Below are positions 43,362 through 53,458 of a DNA stretch of 64,000 bases, in pieces. The notes beneath the pieces are model-generated. The model saw only the letters and a list, made by a program, of their open reading frames with translations, had not been told where the DNA came from and ran no database searches. The position numbers and the translations under genes are program-made. Numbering within the stretch: position 1 is the first letter of the stretch; every line of letters starts with the position of its first letter. Origin of the DNA: Minisyncoccota bacterium (lineage in GTDB: Bacteria > Patescibacteriota > Minisyncoccia > Phycocordibacterales > UBA6899); assembly GCA_035583355.1 (NCBI GenBank), contig DATEZQ010000003.1, forward strand, positions 129,844 through 193,843, read 5' to 3'.

Positions 43362-46300
43362 GTGGTAAATTTGGTTAATGGACATAAGGGAAGGCACGTG
43401 TCAACTCAGGCCTTCTGCCTGATTATGGAATATAATAGGCATATGCTATTGCTCCCAAAGTTCGAAGAGGATTATCAGCGCTTAACCTCGCTTCAGAAGG
43501 AGGTGGTGGACACCGTTGATGGACCACTTATGGTCGTTGCGGGGCCAGGTACCGGAAAGACACAGGTGCTTGGACTTCGTGTCGCAAATATTTTGAAAAC
43601 GCGGGACGTTTCCCCAAACAATATTCTCTGCCTGACCTTCACTGATGCAGGTGCAGTGAATATGCGCGAACGCCTCGAGCGCTTCATCGGTGCTGATGCA
43701 TATCGTGTCGGAATTTATACGTTCCATGCATTTTGTAATGCAACGATTGGAAGGCATCCAGAATATTTTTACAATGCAGCGACCTATGCTGCTGCTGATG
43801 ATATTGCGCGCGCAGAAATCGTTGAACAGCTTTTCGTAAAGTTGCCACATCGACATCCGCTTGCAAGCTATCATCCCGATGAGGGATTCGTCTATCGTCG
43901 TGACGTGATGGAGCGCATTAAGCACATCAAATCAGCGGGCTTCACGCCGGACGAATATATTCGAGAAGTGGAAGCGTATGCAAAAGAGATGCCAAAAGCA
44001 AGCAAGGTGCTTGCCTCGTGGCCAGATCGTCTTGCGATCAAATCGCTCGCTCCTATCGAACAGATTCTTGGCGAACTCCTCGCAATCGGAACAAGTTATA
44101 GCCTCTTCCTCGCAAAGACACTTTCTGTCGCTTATGAGGAAGCTCGAGATTTAGGAAAGACGGGGCCGCTTGGAGATTGGAAAAAGAAATTCACCGAGAA
44201 GGGAGATGATGAGGTGGTAGTCCTCAAAGATCTCGGCCGCATCGAGAAGATGCGTGCGGTTGCAGCGATGTACAAAGACTATGAGGATGCACTTCATGAG
44301 CGTGCGCTCTATGATTATGATGACATGATCATCGATGTCCGATGCGCACTTGAGGAGAATAGTACGTTGCGTAATGTGCTTGAAGAACAATATCAATATA
44401 TCCTTGTCGATGAGTTCCAGGACACCAATGAAGCGCAGATGAAATTGGTCGTCGCACTCTCTTCGAATCCTGTACATGAGGGCAGGCCGAATGTGATGGT
44501 GGTGGGCGACGACGATCAGGCTATCTTCAAGTTTCAGGGAGCTGAGCTTTCGAACATTCTCAATTTCGAGCGCATGTACAAGGATGTACAGACGATCGTG
44601 CTTGATAAGAACTTCCGCTCACACAAAGATATTCTTGATGCAGCACGTAAGGTGGTGCTTCAGGGTTCGTATCGTCTCGAAACGGTAAAGAAGATATCGA
44701 AGGAGCTTGTGCAGGGGAACAAGGATTTGAAGACCGGGAACGTGACGTATAAGCAATATGGCTCAGATATTGAAGAATTTGCCGCTGTCGCCGCAGCAAT
44801 TGCTGCACAAATCGCAAGGGGCGAGGATCCAAAGGAGATTGCAGTTATTGCGCACAAGCATGCGCAGCTTCAGGATTTTCTTCCGTACCTTGAGCGCGAG
44901 GGTGTGCCGTATTCGTATATACGTCGCGCGAGCGTCTTCGATGAGCCGCATATTCACGAATTGATTACCGTTTGTGATTATCTCGCATCACTGTCGGGAG
45001 AGGGAGTGCGCAAAGATGAACTCCTTCCGCAAATTCTCACACTCCCCACATTTGGTTTGTCACGCACGATGCTCTTTCGCATTGCAGTGCGTGCGAAGGA
45101 CGAGCGCAAGAGCTGGTCTGAAGTCATTGGGGAAATGGAGGATGCGCCGATCCAAAATGCATTTGCATTACTTGCAAAGCTTGGTGGTAGCGCCGAGAGC
45201 ATGCCGCTTGAACATTTGCTCGACGAGTATATGCGTGAGTCGGGATTCCGTACGCACTACTTTGGGAAGGATGCACTCAAGGAGAAGCCTGCACAGTATG
45301 TCGCCTTCCTCGCATCGCTGAAGACATTCATCGAAGCACTGCGCGGTTGGCGTGAGGGTGAACCACTCTTTGCGCGCGACGTTGCACCATTCGTGGCGCT
45401 CCACAAAGAGCAGGGCATTGGCCTCGTGAGTACTTCACCATTTGTCAAAGGTGGACGAGCGGTACAGGTCATGTCCGCACACAAGAGTAAGGGACTTGAG
45501 TTTGGTAGCGTATTTATTATCGGAGCGCATGAGTCCGTATGGGCAAAGGGTGGGCGAGCGAATAAGGCTCCGGTGCCTGCACCACTTGTGCCACGCATCT
45601 CTCCAGCAGGAGAGGACGAAGATGATTTCATTCGTATACTCTATGTTGCACTTACGCGTGCAAAACACACACTCTCGGTGACGGGACATAATAAGCTAGT
45701 GAAGTATCTCGGCGAGATCAGTGATGTTCCCGAGGAAGATGCAAAACTCGATATCGACTCCGAAGAAGGAGCGCGAGCTATTCTCGCGCATGAACAAGTG
45801 CTTTCTTTGACTGCAGCCCCGTATGTCGAGGATGAGTTAGCGGTGCTTAAAGAAGCGCTCAGTGATTATCGTCTGTCAGTGACCCATCTCAATAATTTCC
45901 TTGATGTGACTGCTAATGGTCCCGCATATTTTCTTGAGCAAAACCTGTTGCACTTCCCGCAACCGATGAGTGTGGCAAGTACATTTGGTTCGGCTATTGA
46001 TACTGCGCTCACCGAGCTCGTGCGCTATCCGAAATATAATGCGGGGGAGTCTGCGCCACTTGAGCGACTTATTGCGGTGTTTAAACGTGAACTCGCAAAA
46101 GGGCGACTACCTCAGGATGAGGCACGTAAGCAAATTCGCCGCGGAGAAGAAGTGCTTGCCGCATATGTTGGAGCAAAGAAGGGGTATTTCCAAATCGAGG
46201 ATGAAGCGCAAGTGGACTTCCGTAATGAAGGTGTGGTGATCGAAGGCGCTCCACTTTCCGGAAAGATCGACCTTTTGCGCCAGGAAGCAGGGGAATTCCA

Positions 46301-46670
46301 TGTTGTCGACTTCAAAACGGGGAAGGAGAGCGAGCGCTGGGATGGCCCGGGCATGGATCAGCACGAGAAGATAAAATTGCATAAATATAAGCAGCAACTT
46401 ATGTTCTATCAGTTGCTCCTTAATAAGAGTGCGCGTCATGCGATTCCAGTGGCGTCGCTTGCGCTTGAATTCGTCGAGAGCGCAGTTGATGGGCCTGTCG
46501 TCAGTTTGAGTTTCAAGCCAGCTGATGAAGACCTTGAGCGACTTTCACATTTGATTGGTATCGTCTATAAGAAGATTATGGCACTTGATTTCCCTGATGT
46601 TACGCACTATGAACAGAGCGTAAGGGGTATTAATGCTTTCGAGGAAGATCTCCTTAGTGGAAAAATCTAA
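43362..46670 (+). CDS. UvrD/PcrA-like helicase fused to a C-terminal PD-(D/E)XK nuclease (AddA-like)
   Basis: Walker A AGPGTGKT, motif II DEFQDTN, VVDFKTGKE nuclease motif. An alternative start lies near 43425. Confidence 0.8.
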   Translation: MVNLVNGHKGRHVSTQAFCLIMEYNRHMLLLPKFEEDYQRLTSLQKEVVDTVDGPLMVVAGPGTGKTQVLGLRVANILKTRDVSPNNILCLTFTDAGAVNMRERLERFIGADAYRVGIYTFHAFCNATIGRHPEYFYNAATYAAADDIARAEIVEQLFVKLPHRHPLASYHPDEGFVYRRDVMERIKHIKSAGFTPDEYIREVEAYAKEMPKASKVLASWPDRLAIKSLAPIEQILGELLAIGTSYSLFLAKTLSVAYEEARDLGKTGPLGDWKKKFTEKGDDEVVVLKDLGRIEKMRAVAAMYKDYEDALHERALYDYDDMIIDVRCALEENSTLRNVLEEQYQYILVDEFQDTNEAQMKLVVALSSNPVHEGRPNVMVVGDDDQAIFKFQGAELSNILNFERMYKDVQTIVLDKNFRSHKDILDAARKVVLQGSYRLETVKKISKELVQGNKDLKTGNVTYKQYGSDIEEFAAVAAAIAAQIARGEDPKEIAVIAHKHAQLQDFLPYLEREGVPYSYIRRASVFDEPHIHELITVCDYLASLSGEGVRKDELLPQILTLPTFGLSRTMLFRIAVRAKDERKSWSEVIGEMEDAPIQNAFALLAKLGGSAESMPLEHLLDEYMRESGFRTHYFGKDALKEKPAQYVAFLASLKTFIEALRGWREGEPLFARDVAPFVALHKEQGIGLVSTSPFVKGGRAVQVMSAHKSKGLEFGSVFIIGAHESVWAKGGRANKAPVPAPLVPRISPAGEDEDDFIRILYVALTRAKHTLSVTGHNKLVKYLGEISDVPEEDAKLDIDSEEGARAILAHEQVLSLTAAPYVEDELAVLKEALSDYRLSVTHLNNFLDVTANGPAYFLEQNLLHFPQPMSVASTFGSAIDTALTELVRYPKYNAGESAPLERLIAVFKRELAKGRLPQDEARKQIRRGEEVLAAYVGAKKGYFQIEDEAQVDFRNEGVVIEGAPLSGKIDLLRQEAGEFHVVDFKTGKESERWDGPGMDQHEKIKLHKYKQQLMFYQLLLNKSARHAIPVASLALEFVESAVDGPVVSLSFKPADEDLERLSHLIGIVYKKIMALDFPDVTHYEQSVRGINAFEEDLLSGKI

Positions 46671-46675
46671 TTCAA

Positions 46676-46703
46676 AACCCACCAGTATCTGCTGGTGGGT
46701 TTT
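46676..46703 (+). terminator. rho-independent terminator
   Basis: aaacccaccag-tatct-gctggtgggttt plus T. Confidence 0.7.
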
Positions 46704-46748
46704 ATTGTCCCCTTAGGAGTGGGCAGCTTGTGGTGTACAATAGAGGTA

Positions 46749-48545
46749 ATGAACTTTCGTGCGCAACAAAAAGGTTTTACGCTTATTGAGACAGTGGTCT
46801 CCGTTGCGATTTTTGCTTTTGTTGCCATCGGACTCTATATGTCTTACGCAGAAGTGCTCAAGGTCGTGCACCGCGCGCAATTGCGCAGCGCGACGACCGC
46901 ACTCGCAACTGAGCAATTCGAAATCGTTCGTAATCTCCCTTATAACCTCGTTGGCCTTAAGAACGGAATACCGGCAGGAGTGTTGCTGCCTACGCAAACT
47001 CTTGTGCGCAGTACTCGAACCTTTAATGTCTCCACGATGGTGCGCAATATTGACCTTCCATTCGATGCTGTTGCTCCGTCAGATACAAATCCTGCAGACA
47101 ACAAATTAGTTGAACTTGATATTGTGTGCACCTCTTGTACTGATTACTTACCGATGTCGTTCACTGCGCAGGTGGGTCCAAAAGACCTTGAGGCATCATC
47201 GACGCTCGGTTCACTCTTTGTGCGTACTATCGATGCGGCAGGAAATCCTGTTCCGGGCGCAACGGTACATGTCGTGCTCGCTTCCTCGACAGCACCGATT
47301 GATTATACTGATGTCACTGGAGCAAATGGCATGTTGCAGCTCGTGGGTGTAATCCCTGCAATCAATGCATATCAAGTGTCGGCAACCAAAGCTGGCTATT
47401 CTCTTGACCAAACCTATTCACCAAATGGTCCAACAACAACGCAGCCTGTGCTTCCGCACGCAACGATTGCTCCAGGGACGGTGACGCAACTCACATTTGC
47501 TATCGACCTTCTCGCACAGCTCAACGTGACCAGTGTTACTCCAGCATGTACTCGTATTCCGAATGTACCATTCACGCTGACCAGCAATAAGCTCATTGGT
47601 ACCGAACCCGTGTATAAATATCAGAAGACGAACTCTACCGACGGTAGCGGGGCACTCACACTCCCTTCGATGGAGTGGGATAGTTATACAGTCGAGGCAT
47701 CGAAGACAGGCTATGACCTTGCGGGCGTAAGTCCACTTTCACCATTCAATCTTCTTCCCGGGGCATCTCAGAATTTGCAACTTGTATTGGTGCCTCAAAC
47801 AGGAGATCCAAATGACAATACACTATTAGTGACGGTCATTGACGGGGTGACGGGACTGCCGCTTTCGGGAGCAGACGTGTTGATTGAGAAGGGTGGCGAA
47901 ACGACACAAAATCTCACAACTGGTCGCGGATTCCTCAATCAGTCTGATTGGTCGGGTGGCTCGGGACAAGAAATGTTTGTCGACCGCACTGCATATGCAT
48001 CAGATGATGGAAATGTAGACGTCAGTGGTACCGCTGGATCGGTGAAGCTCAAGAAGAGTGGCGGAAACTATGCTGCAAGTGGATCTCTGGAGTCATCGAT
48101 CTTTAGCGTTGATACTGCGACGAACTTCTACCAGCTTCGTTTCTCGCAAACGGTACAGCCTGCAGGAACAGAGGCAAAGTTCCAGCTCGCAACTGCGAAT
48201 GCGACGAGTGGCCCTTGGGTGTTTATTGGGCCAAATGGTACAACGACTTCGTATTACACTGCAACGACAACAGATATCAGTGCGGTGTCATCAGGAAAAC
48301 AATTCTTCAAATATAAACTCTATCTTACGACGACCGATTCTGCGAAGACTCCTGTCGTCGATGACGTATCGTTCACGTTTTCATCTGACTGTGTGTCTTC
48401 AGGACAGACCTATGCACAAGGACTCCATAACGGTACCTGGTCAGTCACCGTATCAAAAGATGGCTATGCGACTGAGCAACAGAACGTCGTCATGACGACG
48501 AGTAAGCCGTGGGGTACTGCAGCCTTTCAACTTGATCCGAATTAA
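46749..48545 (+). CDS. large prepilin-type N-terminal cleavage/methylation domain protein (pseudopilin-like)
   Basis: N-terminus MNFRAQQKGFTLIETVVSVAIF, followed by Ig-like/carboxypeptidase-regulatory-like beta-rich repeats. Confidence 0.65.
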   Translation: MNFRAQQKGFTLIETVVSVAIFAFVAIGLYMSYAEVLKVVHRAQLRSATTALATEQFEIVRNLPYNLVGLKNGIPAGVLLPTQTLVRSTRTFNVSTMVRNIDLPFDAVAPSDTNPADNKLVELDIVCTSCTDYLPMSFTAQVGPKDLEASSTLGSLFVRTIDAAGNPVPGATVHVVLASSTAPIDYTDVTGANGMLQLVGVIPAINAYQVSATKAGYSLDQTYSPNGPTTTQPVLPHATIAPGTVTQLTFAIDLLAQLNVTSVTPACTRIPNVPFTLTSNKLIGTEPVYKYQKTNSTDGSGALTLPSMEWDSYTVEASKTGYDLAGVSPLSPFNLLPGASQNLQLVLVPQTGDPNDNTLLVTVIDGVTGLPLSGADVLIEKGGETTQNLTTGRGFLNQSDWSGGSGQEMFVDRTAYASDDGNVDVSGTAGSVKLKKSGGNYAASGSLESSIFSVDTATNFYQLRFSQTVQPAGTEAKFQLATANATSGPWVFIGPNGTTTSYYTATTTDISAVSSGKQFFKYKLYLTTTDSAKTPVVDDVSFTFSSDCVSSGQTYAQGLHNGTWSVTVSKDGYATEQQNVVMTTSKPWGTAAFQLDPN

Positions 48546-48618
48546 CAAACACTATCTTGCAGATAGTGTTTGTTTTCGTTTCATGGTCGTGTACAATGAA
48601 GTAGTAATGAACGTTGGC

Positions 48619-49242
48619 ATGAAACAATCGAAGGTGTCATACAATGCCGGTGTCACAATCATCGAGCTTGTTGTCGTGCTTTTCATTCTTGGGCTTCTCT
48701 CTGCAGGAGTAATTGCCTTTCAGCGAAATATATTCAGCACTTCTCGAGTATTGCAAACGAGTCTCCGTAGTGAATCCCAAACGCATAGCGTGTTTCGTGC
48801 CTTTACTGCGGAGGTGCGTAGTGCACTTCCTGCATGGAATGGAGCTTCTATCATCGAGAGTGCGGCGACCTCAACGCTGATATTCTACACAACGATTGAT
48901 GCTGATAAATATACAGAGCGCGTGCGTTATCAACTTGTAGGCACGCAACTCGTGAAAGGAATAACGAAATTCAACATTGCAACGGGGGCATATGATCTCC
49001 CCGAGACTACAACGACAATAGTTTCTGGCATCAATGCGGCACCATTTGGAAAGATCTTTTCTTATTATGACAAGAATTATGATGGATCGAGTAGTTCCAC
49101 CCCGCTTGCTGCCCCAGTTGATATCGCGCGCGTGCGACTCGTTCGGTTTGATCTTCCGCTTGCTGCGCTCGGTACTACTGCATCCTCCACACGAGTTAAT
49201 TCGATTCAAGTAACGTTCCGCAATCTCAAAGATAACTACTAA
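48619..49242 (+). CDS. prepilin-type pseudopilin
   Basis: MKQSKVSYNAGVTIIELVVVLFILGLL. Confidence 0.65.
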   Translation: MKQSKVSYNAGVTIIELVVVLFILGLLSAGVIAFQRNIFSTSRVLQTSLRSESQTHSVFRAFTAEVRSALPAWNGASIIESAATSTLIFYTTIDADKYTERVRYQLVGTQLVKGITKFNIATGAYDLPETTTTIVSGINAAPFGKIFSYYDKNYDGSSSSTPLAAPVDIARVRLVRFDLPLAALGTTASSTRVNSIQVTFRNLKDNY

Positions 49243-49243
49243 T

Positions 49244-50692
49244 ATGTACCGTTCCCTGCGCAATCAAAAAGGAGCAATGCTCATTCAGGTCATCGCATTT
49301 CTTGCGATAGGGGTTTTGATGCTTTCGGGAATCATGGGCTGGGGGCTCGCATCGGTGAAATTGGCCAAGCATGGTCAATATAGAGAGCAGGCACTTCAGG
49401 CTGCCGAAGCAGGAATCGACTATTATCGCTGGCATCTTGCGCATGATGCGACGGATTTTTACGACGGACAAGGTGCGACGAGTACTGGTCCGTATATACA
49501 TGACTTCCTCGATAAGGATGGTGTGCGCATTGGACAGTTCGAGCTTACTATCACTCCGCCACCGCCAGGATCTTCAATTGTTACAATCAAGTCAAAGGGT
49601 GTTGTTGATGCTGAGGCGTCGGCAGCACGTACAATCGTGGAGCGAGTTGCGAAGCCATCATATGCGAAATATGCATTCGTCACGAACGCGACAAGCACCT
49701 ATTACGGTGCAGGCGATGACATTTATGGAGAGCTCTATTCAAATGGTGTGTTGCGTTTCAATTCACCCGCCAAAGCGCACAGTCTTGTCTCAAGTATGAT
49801 TGGGAGTACGACAGATCCATATTATGGAAAGGTGTGGGGAGCGTCGTGTACCGGTGATCCTACTCCTCCGACAATGTATACAAATGCATCATGCCCCTCA
49901 ATCTTTCTTGCGGGACGCACAATCAATGCACCGCAGATAAGTTTCAATAATCTCGCTCTCGATCTTTCTTCATTGCGTACAAAAGCAATCGCCAATGGTA
50001 ATTATTATGCAGACTCGGGCGCCAAGGGATATGTAATGGTCCTCAAGACTAATGACACCTATGACCTCTATCGTGTGAACACGGTGCGCTCAACTCCCGG
50101 GGGCTGTTCCAACACATATAGTGAAACAGGTTGGGGAATATGGAGTGTAAATACACGGACGCTTATTGGGAACTATCCATTTCCTGCTGATGGAATCATA
50201 TTCATTACTGATGACTTGTGGCTTGAAGGGCAAATCGATGGTGCACACATCACTGTTGCCGCGGGAAGGAATGCGGGTGGCGGAGCACTGAAGCCAAATG
50301 CAAATATCATCATCAATAATAATCTGCTCTATACGAATAAAGACGGAAGTGATGCAATTGGAGTAATAGCTGAAAATAGTTTTATCGTCGGCCTCTACTC
50401 TGCGGATAATCTTGAGATTGATGCGGCGATTATTGCAGAGAAGGGTGCAACGAGGAGAAATTACTATAGCTCAAACTGTAGTGCGACATATTACAAGCGC
50501 ACCTCGCTTAAGATCTTTGGTATGATGGTGTCGAATCAGCAGGGATACTTTGTGTGGACCTCGGGTGGTTTCGTAAATTCTGGATATGCAGCACAGCCAG
50601 TTCAGTATGATGGGAATCTACTTTACTCCCCACCGCCTTCCTTCCCCCTTACGACCGATCAATATCAGATTATCAGTTGGGATGAAATATAA
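49244..50692 (+). CDS. PilX-like minor pilin / pilus-associated protein
   Basis: N-terminus NQKGAMLIQVIAFLAIGVLML, a hydrophobic pilin-like helix, then a large beta-rich domain. Confidence 0.55.
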   Translation: MYRSLRNQKGAMLIQVIAFLAIGVLMLSGIMGWGLASVKLAKHGQYREQALQAAEAGIDYYRWHLAHDATDFYDGQGATSTGPYIHDFLDKDGVRIGQFELTITPPPPGSSIVTIKSKGVVDAEASAARTIVERVAKPSYAKYAFVTNATSTYYGAGDDIYGELYSNGVLRFNSPAKAHSLVSSMIGSTTDPYYGKVWGASCTGDPTPPTMYTNASCPSIFLAGRTINAPQISFNNLALDLSSLRTKAIANGNYYADSGAKGYVMVLKTNDTYDLYRVNTVRSTPGGCSNTYSETGWGIWSVNTRTLIGNYPFPADGIIFITDDLWLEGQIDGAHITVAAGRNAGGGALKPNANIIINNNLLYTNKDGSDAIGVIAENSFIVGLYSADNLEIDAAIIAEKGATRRNYYSSNCSATYYKRTSLKIFGMMVSNQQGYFVWTSGGFVNSGYAAQPVQYDGNLLYSPPPSFPLTTDQYQIISWDEI

Positions 50693-50715
50693 AACCAGCA
50701 GTTGCTGGTTTTTGT
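50693..50715 (+). terminator. rho-independent terminator
   Basis: aaccagca-gt-tgctggtt plus T-run. Confidence 0.7.
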
Positions 50716-50789
50716 TTTTTTGACAAAAGCACCGAGCGTGCTAACTTGCATTGAGAACATGTTCGATAACACTCATCTTGGAGTGAGCC

Positions 50790-51350
50790 ATGACTCATGA
50801 GCCAAAGTTTGAAAGAGCAATTGGTTGGCTGAAAGATCAAATTGCACGTAAGGACTTTGCAGCAGCGCTCCAGACATTTATGCAGACAGGGTATTTGCCC
50901 GCGAAAGCTGTGCGCAGATTTGTGAACGAGGCGCCCGTTACATTGGCTACGTCGCTCCTTCATAATTTCAAGCTCCACTGCATGACCGGACTCACAAAGG
51001 AGAACGTGTTTGATCGGTCTTTGAATATTTCCTCCTATCTTTCCGCATGTGCAGTGCAGAGCATCATTGGGTACTTCAGAGAGAAGCAGCACTTGCTCTC
51101 GGTCATTCAGAGTTTTGGAATTCCAGTGCCGCTCGTACTTGTGCAAACGATGCGTGAAATCGAGCAGGGGATAAAGCGAAGTACTCCACACGGCAAATTT
51201 CTTGCGTCGGGTTTCGTAAGAGTATATTTCGATGCTCAGTTCTCGAAGTATACGCACCCCGAACTTGATTTCCGGCTCGTTGTACGTACACATAAGAACG
51301 AAATAAGGAAGCTGAAGCAAGATGTTTCAGAAGGTTGCACAATGAAGTGA
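50790..51350 (+). CDS. hypothetical protein
   Basis: Preferred over the overlapping Cys/His-rich minus-strand ORF 50673-51320. Followed by the terminator agggccgtcatggccct plus T8 at 51364-51390. Confidence 0.45.
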   Translation: MTHEPKFERAIGWLKDQIARKDFAAALQTFMQTGYLPAKAVRRFVNEAPVTLATSLLHNFKLHCMTGLTKENVFDRSLNISSYLSACAVQSIIGYFREKQHLLSVIQSFGIPVPLVLVQTMREIEQGIKRSTPHGKFLASGFVRVYFDAQFSKYTHPELDFRLVVRTHKNEIRKLKQDVSEGCTMK

Positions 51351-51412
51351 TTCGATTAGCGATAGGGCCGTCATGGCCCTATTTTTTTTACCACCACCTC
51401 AAAAGTGAATTA

Positions 51413-51441
51413 TTGACAAAAGTGGTATTTTGTGCTATATT
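51413..51441 (+). promoter_or_regulatory. sigma70-like promoter
   Basis: TTGACA, 17 nt, TATATT. Downstream SD aaggaga and ATG 51484. Confidence 0.55.
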
Positions 51442-51483
51442 ATCAATGTTCATTCTCAATCAACTCACTTTCAAGGAGACCTC

Positions 51484-51987
51484 ATGGTCACTTCCGTTTC
51501 GCCTGAAATCAAGAAAGAGGAAAAGCCCGCGCTGAGCACCATTGCGCTGCGACAGGATACCATCCGCCTCGCGCTGACGGTGCGCACTGCGCCGAAGTCG
51601 CTCTGGTCGATGCCCGTCACTGGCGGCCACAGTGAGCCTGACCCTGTTCCATCTGGACAGAAGATTGTGAGGCGAGTGACCGACGTTTGTGTCGGCACGG
51701 ATATTCTCCGCACGCATCGGCTTCTCTTCGTCGACCGCAAGGATGTTTCCTACAACGGAAAGCGCCGAGACAAGTTCATCTTTGTCATGGTGCCCGCTGG
51801 GGAGCTTGAGGGTGAATCTCTGGATTCCCCGTTCTTGCCGGCGGCCTTTGTCGCACTGTCCGAACATTTCGTTCACGAAGCTTTCAATGAGGCCATCGTG
51901 TACGACAATGGTGAGTCTGGACTGTGTATCGAATTTCGCGGTGAGGCTCATCGCCGGAACGCGCACAAGTCCTTTGTCATCGCTTAG
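51484..51987 (+). CDS. hypothetical protein, GC-rich
   Basis: SD plus ATG. Local GC about 58 percent. The terminator tgggcccccatcttgggggccca plus T-run lies at 52004-52032. The opposite-strand ORF was judged spurious. Confidence 0.5.
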   Translation: MVTSVSPEIKKEEKPALSTIALRQDTIRLALTVRTAPKSLWSMPVTGGHSEPDPVPSGQKIVRRVTDVCVGTDILRTHRLLFVDRKDVSYNGKRRDKFIFVMVPAGELEGESLDSPFLPAAFVALSEHFVHEAFNEAIVYDNGESGLCIEFRGEAHRRNAHKSFVIA

Positions 51988-52101
51988 TCGATGATCTATC
52001 CTTTGGGCCCCCATCTTGGGGGCCCACTTTTTTACCCTTGCGCCACGTTAGAATATGTTTTATGGTATTTACAATTTTGCAATATGTGGTATAATTATTA
52101 C

Positions 52102-52482
52102 ATGACTGAACAACATCCAAACATACAAAACGAAGCAGAAGTGCTTCCTGAGGGAGTAACTCCCCATGTAGAGGACGAAATTGTTTTGAATGCAGATGAC
52201 TACAAAGAGAGCTTGAATCAGTACGCTGCAAAGCTGAATGCACATATTAGCGAGGAAGAGGCACTTTCAAAGAAAATGGAAGACGTCCTTTCGAAGATTG
52301 GAGAGGCAATCGATGCACAGCCGAAAGGAAATCGCCTTTCGGAGGAGGAGCTTAGTGCGGGCATTGCGGAATTTCAGAAAACGAAACTCGAATGGGATCG
52401 TATGAGCCCAGAGGAGCAGCAGGCTGCTATTGCCGCAGGGAAACATGAACCCGTTCTCGGTGAATTCATTAAGACTGCATAA
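52102..52482 (+). CDS. hypothetical acidic protein
   Basis: TATAAT at 52090-52095 lies 6 nt upstream of ATG 52102 (leaderless). The terminator aaacacacaagc-aat-gcttgtgtgttt lies at 52488-52515. Confidence 0.5.
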   Translation: MTEQHPNIQNEAEVLPEGVTPHVEDEIVLNADDYKESLNQYAAKLNAHISEEEALSKKMEDVLSKIGEAIDAQPKGNRLSEEELSAGIAEFQKTKLEWDRMSPEEQQAAIAAGKHEPVLGEFIKTA

Positions 52483-52501
52483 TACATAAAACACACAAGC
52501 A

Positions 52502-53431
52502 ATGCTTGTGTGTTTTATTGTGCCATACAATGACTGCTATAATTCAGTAATGCAGGCAATAGTCGACGTCATAAAGAAGTATCCGCATCGAGCGATCGCG
52601 TGCGTTTCAATCATGTTCTTTGTTTGCGTCTTCTATTTCACGCCTCTACGGACTCCTGCAGTAATGAAGATCACTTTTCTTGATGTCGGGCAAGGTGATG
52701 CGGTGCTGGTCACTGGACCAAATGGAAATCGTCTACTTTATGATGCGGGCCCGCCTACAGGAGCCGTGCTTTATGCACTTGATAAAGAACTCTCGTATTT
52801 TGATCGACGTATCGCATTTATGGTTTCCTCACACCCGGATGTAGATCACATCGGTGGCTTCGGTGCGGTGCTTTCACGCTATACCCCACTGCTCTATCTC
52901 GATGGACATACACATACAAGTAGTGCCGATTTTGCAGGCCTTGAGGAGATGCTGGGGGCAAAGCGTATCGAACGTCGTACGCTGACGCGTGGTGCACGAC
53001 TATCACTCGGGAGTGGTGTTGTGGTCGATGTACTTAACCCAGTACAGGATGCGCGCAAGGAGAGCCTTTCAACAAATGATGCTTCTGTTGTTCTGCGCAT
53101 TCAATATGGATCATCAACAGTACTTTTAACTGGCGACCTGGAGTTAGGCGAGGAGTCGAGACTCGTTGATGCTTATGGTGGAGCATTGCACACAACGGTA
53201 CTCAAAGCAGGACATCATGGTTCGAAATCTTCTTCAAGCGAAAAATTTCTTCAAGCAGTGCAACCAGATTATGTAGTCATTTCTGCGGGAAAGAATAATC
53301 GTTATGGTCATCCAAGTCCTGCAGCACTGGATCGCATGGGGAGGACTAGGGCACAAATTCTTGAGACGAGTCAGCTTGGGAGCATTCATTTTTCTTGCTC
53401 TCCAGAGGCATGTGTGTATTTGCGAAAGTAA
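52502..53431 (+). CDS. ComEC-type metallo-beta-lactamase domain protein (stand-alone MBL part of ComEC)
   Basis: N-terminal TM segment, then ITFLDVGQGDAVLV ... SHPDVDHIGG ... LKAGHHGSKSSSS. The start is uncertain. Confidence 0.7.
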   Translation: MLVCFIVPYNDCYNSVMQAIVDVIKKYPHRAIACVSIMFFVCVFYFTPLRTPAVMKITFLDVGQGDAVLVTGPNGNRLLYDAGPPTGAVLYALDKELSYFDRRIAFMVSSHPDVDHIGGFGAVLSRYTPLLYLDGHTHTSSADFAGLEEMLGAKRIERRTLTRGARLSLGSGVVVDVLNPVQDARKESLSTNDASVVLRIQYGSSTVLLTGDLELGEESRLVDAYGGALHTTVLKAGHHGSKSSSSEKFLQAVQPDYVVISAGKNNRYGHPSPAALDRMGRTRAQILETSQLGSIHFSCSPEACVYLRK

Positions 53432-53433
53432 AA

Positions 53434-53453
53434 AGGGACCCCGAGGGGTCCCT
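53434..53453. terminator. bidirectional terminator
   Basis: agggaccccgaggggtccct. Confidence 0.65.
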
Positions 53454-53458
53454 GAATG

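Noticed and set aside
50673-51320. 215-aa minus-strand ORF overlapping 50790-51350
   Set aside because: Cys/His-rich composition. The plus-strand alternative is followed by a proper terminator and fits the operon direction. Strand choice is still uncertain (see findings).
51460-52014. 184-aa minus-strand ORF overlapping 51484-51987
   Set aside because: The plus-strand ORF has the TTGACA-17-TATATT promoter, an SD and a terminator. The minus-strand ORF has none of these.
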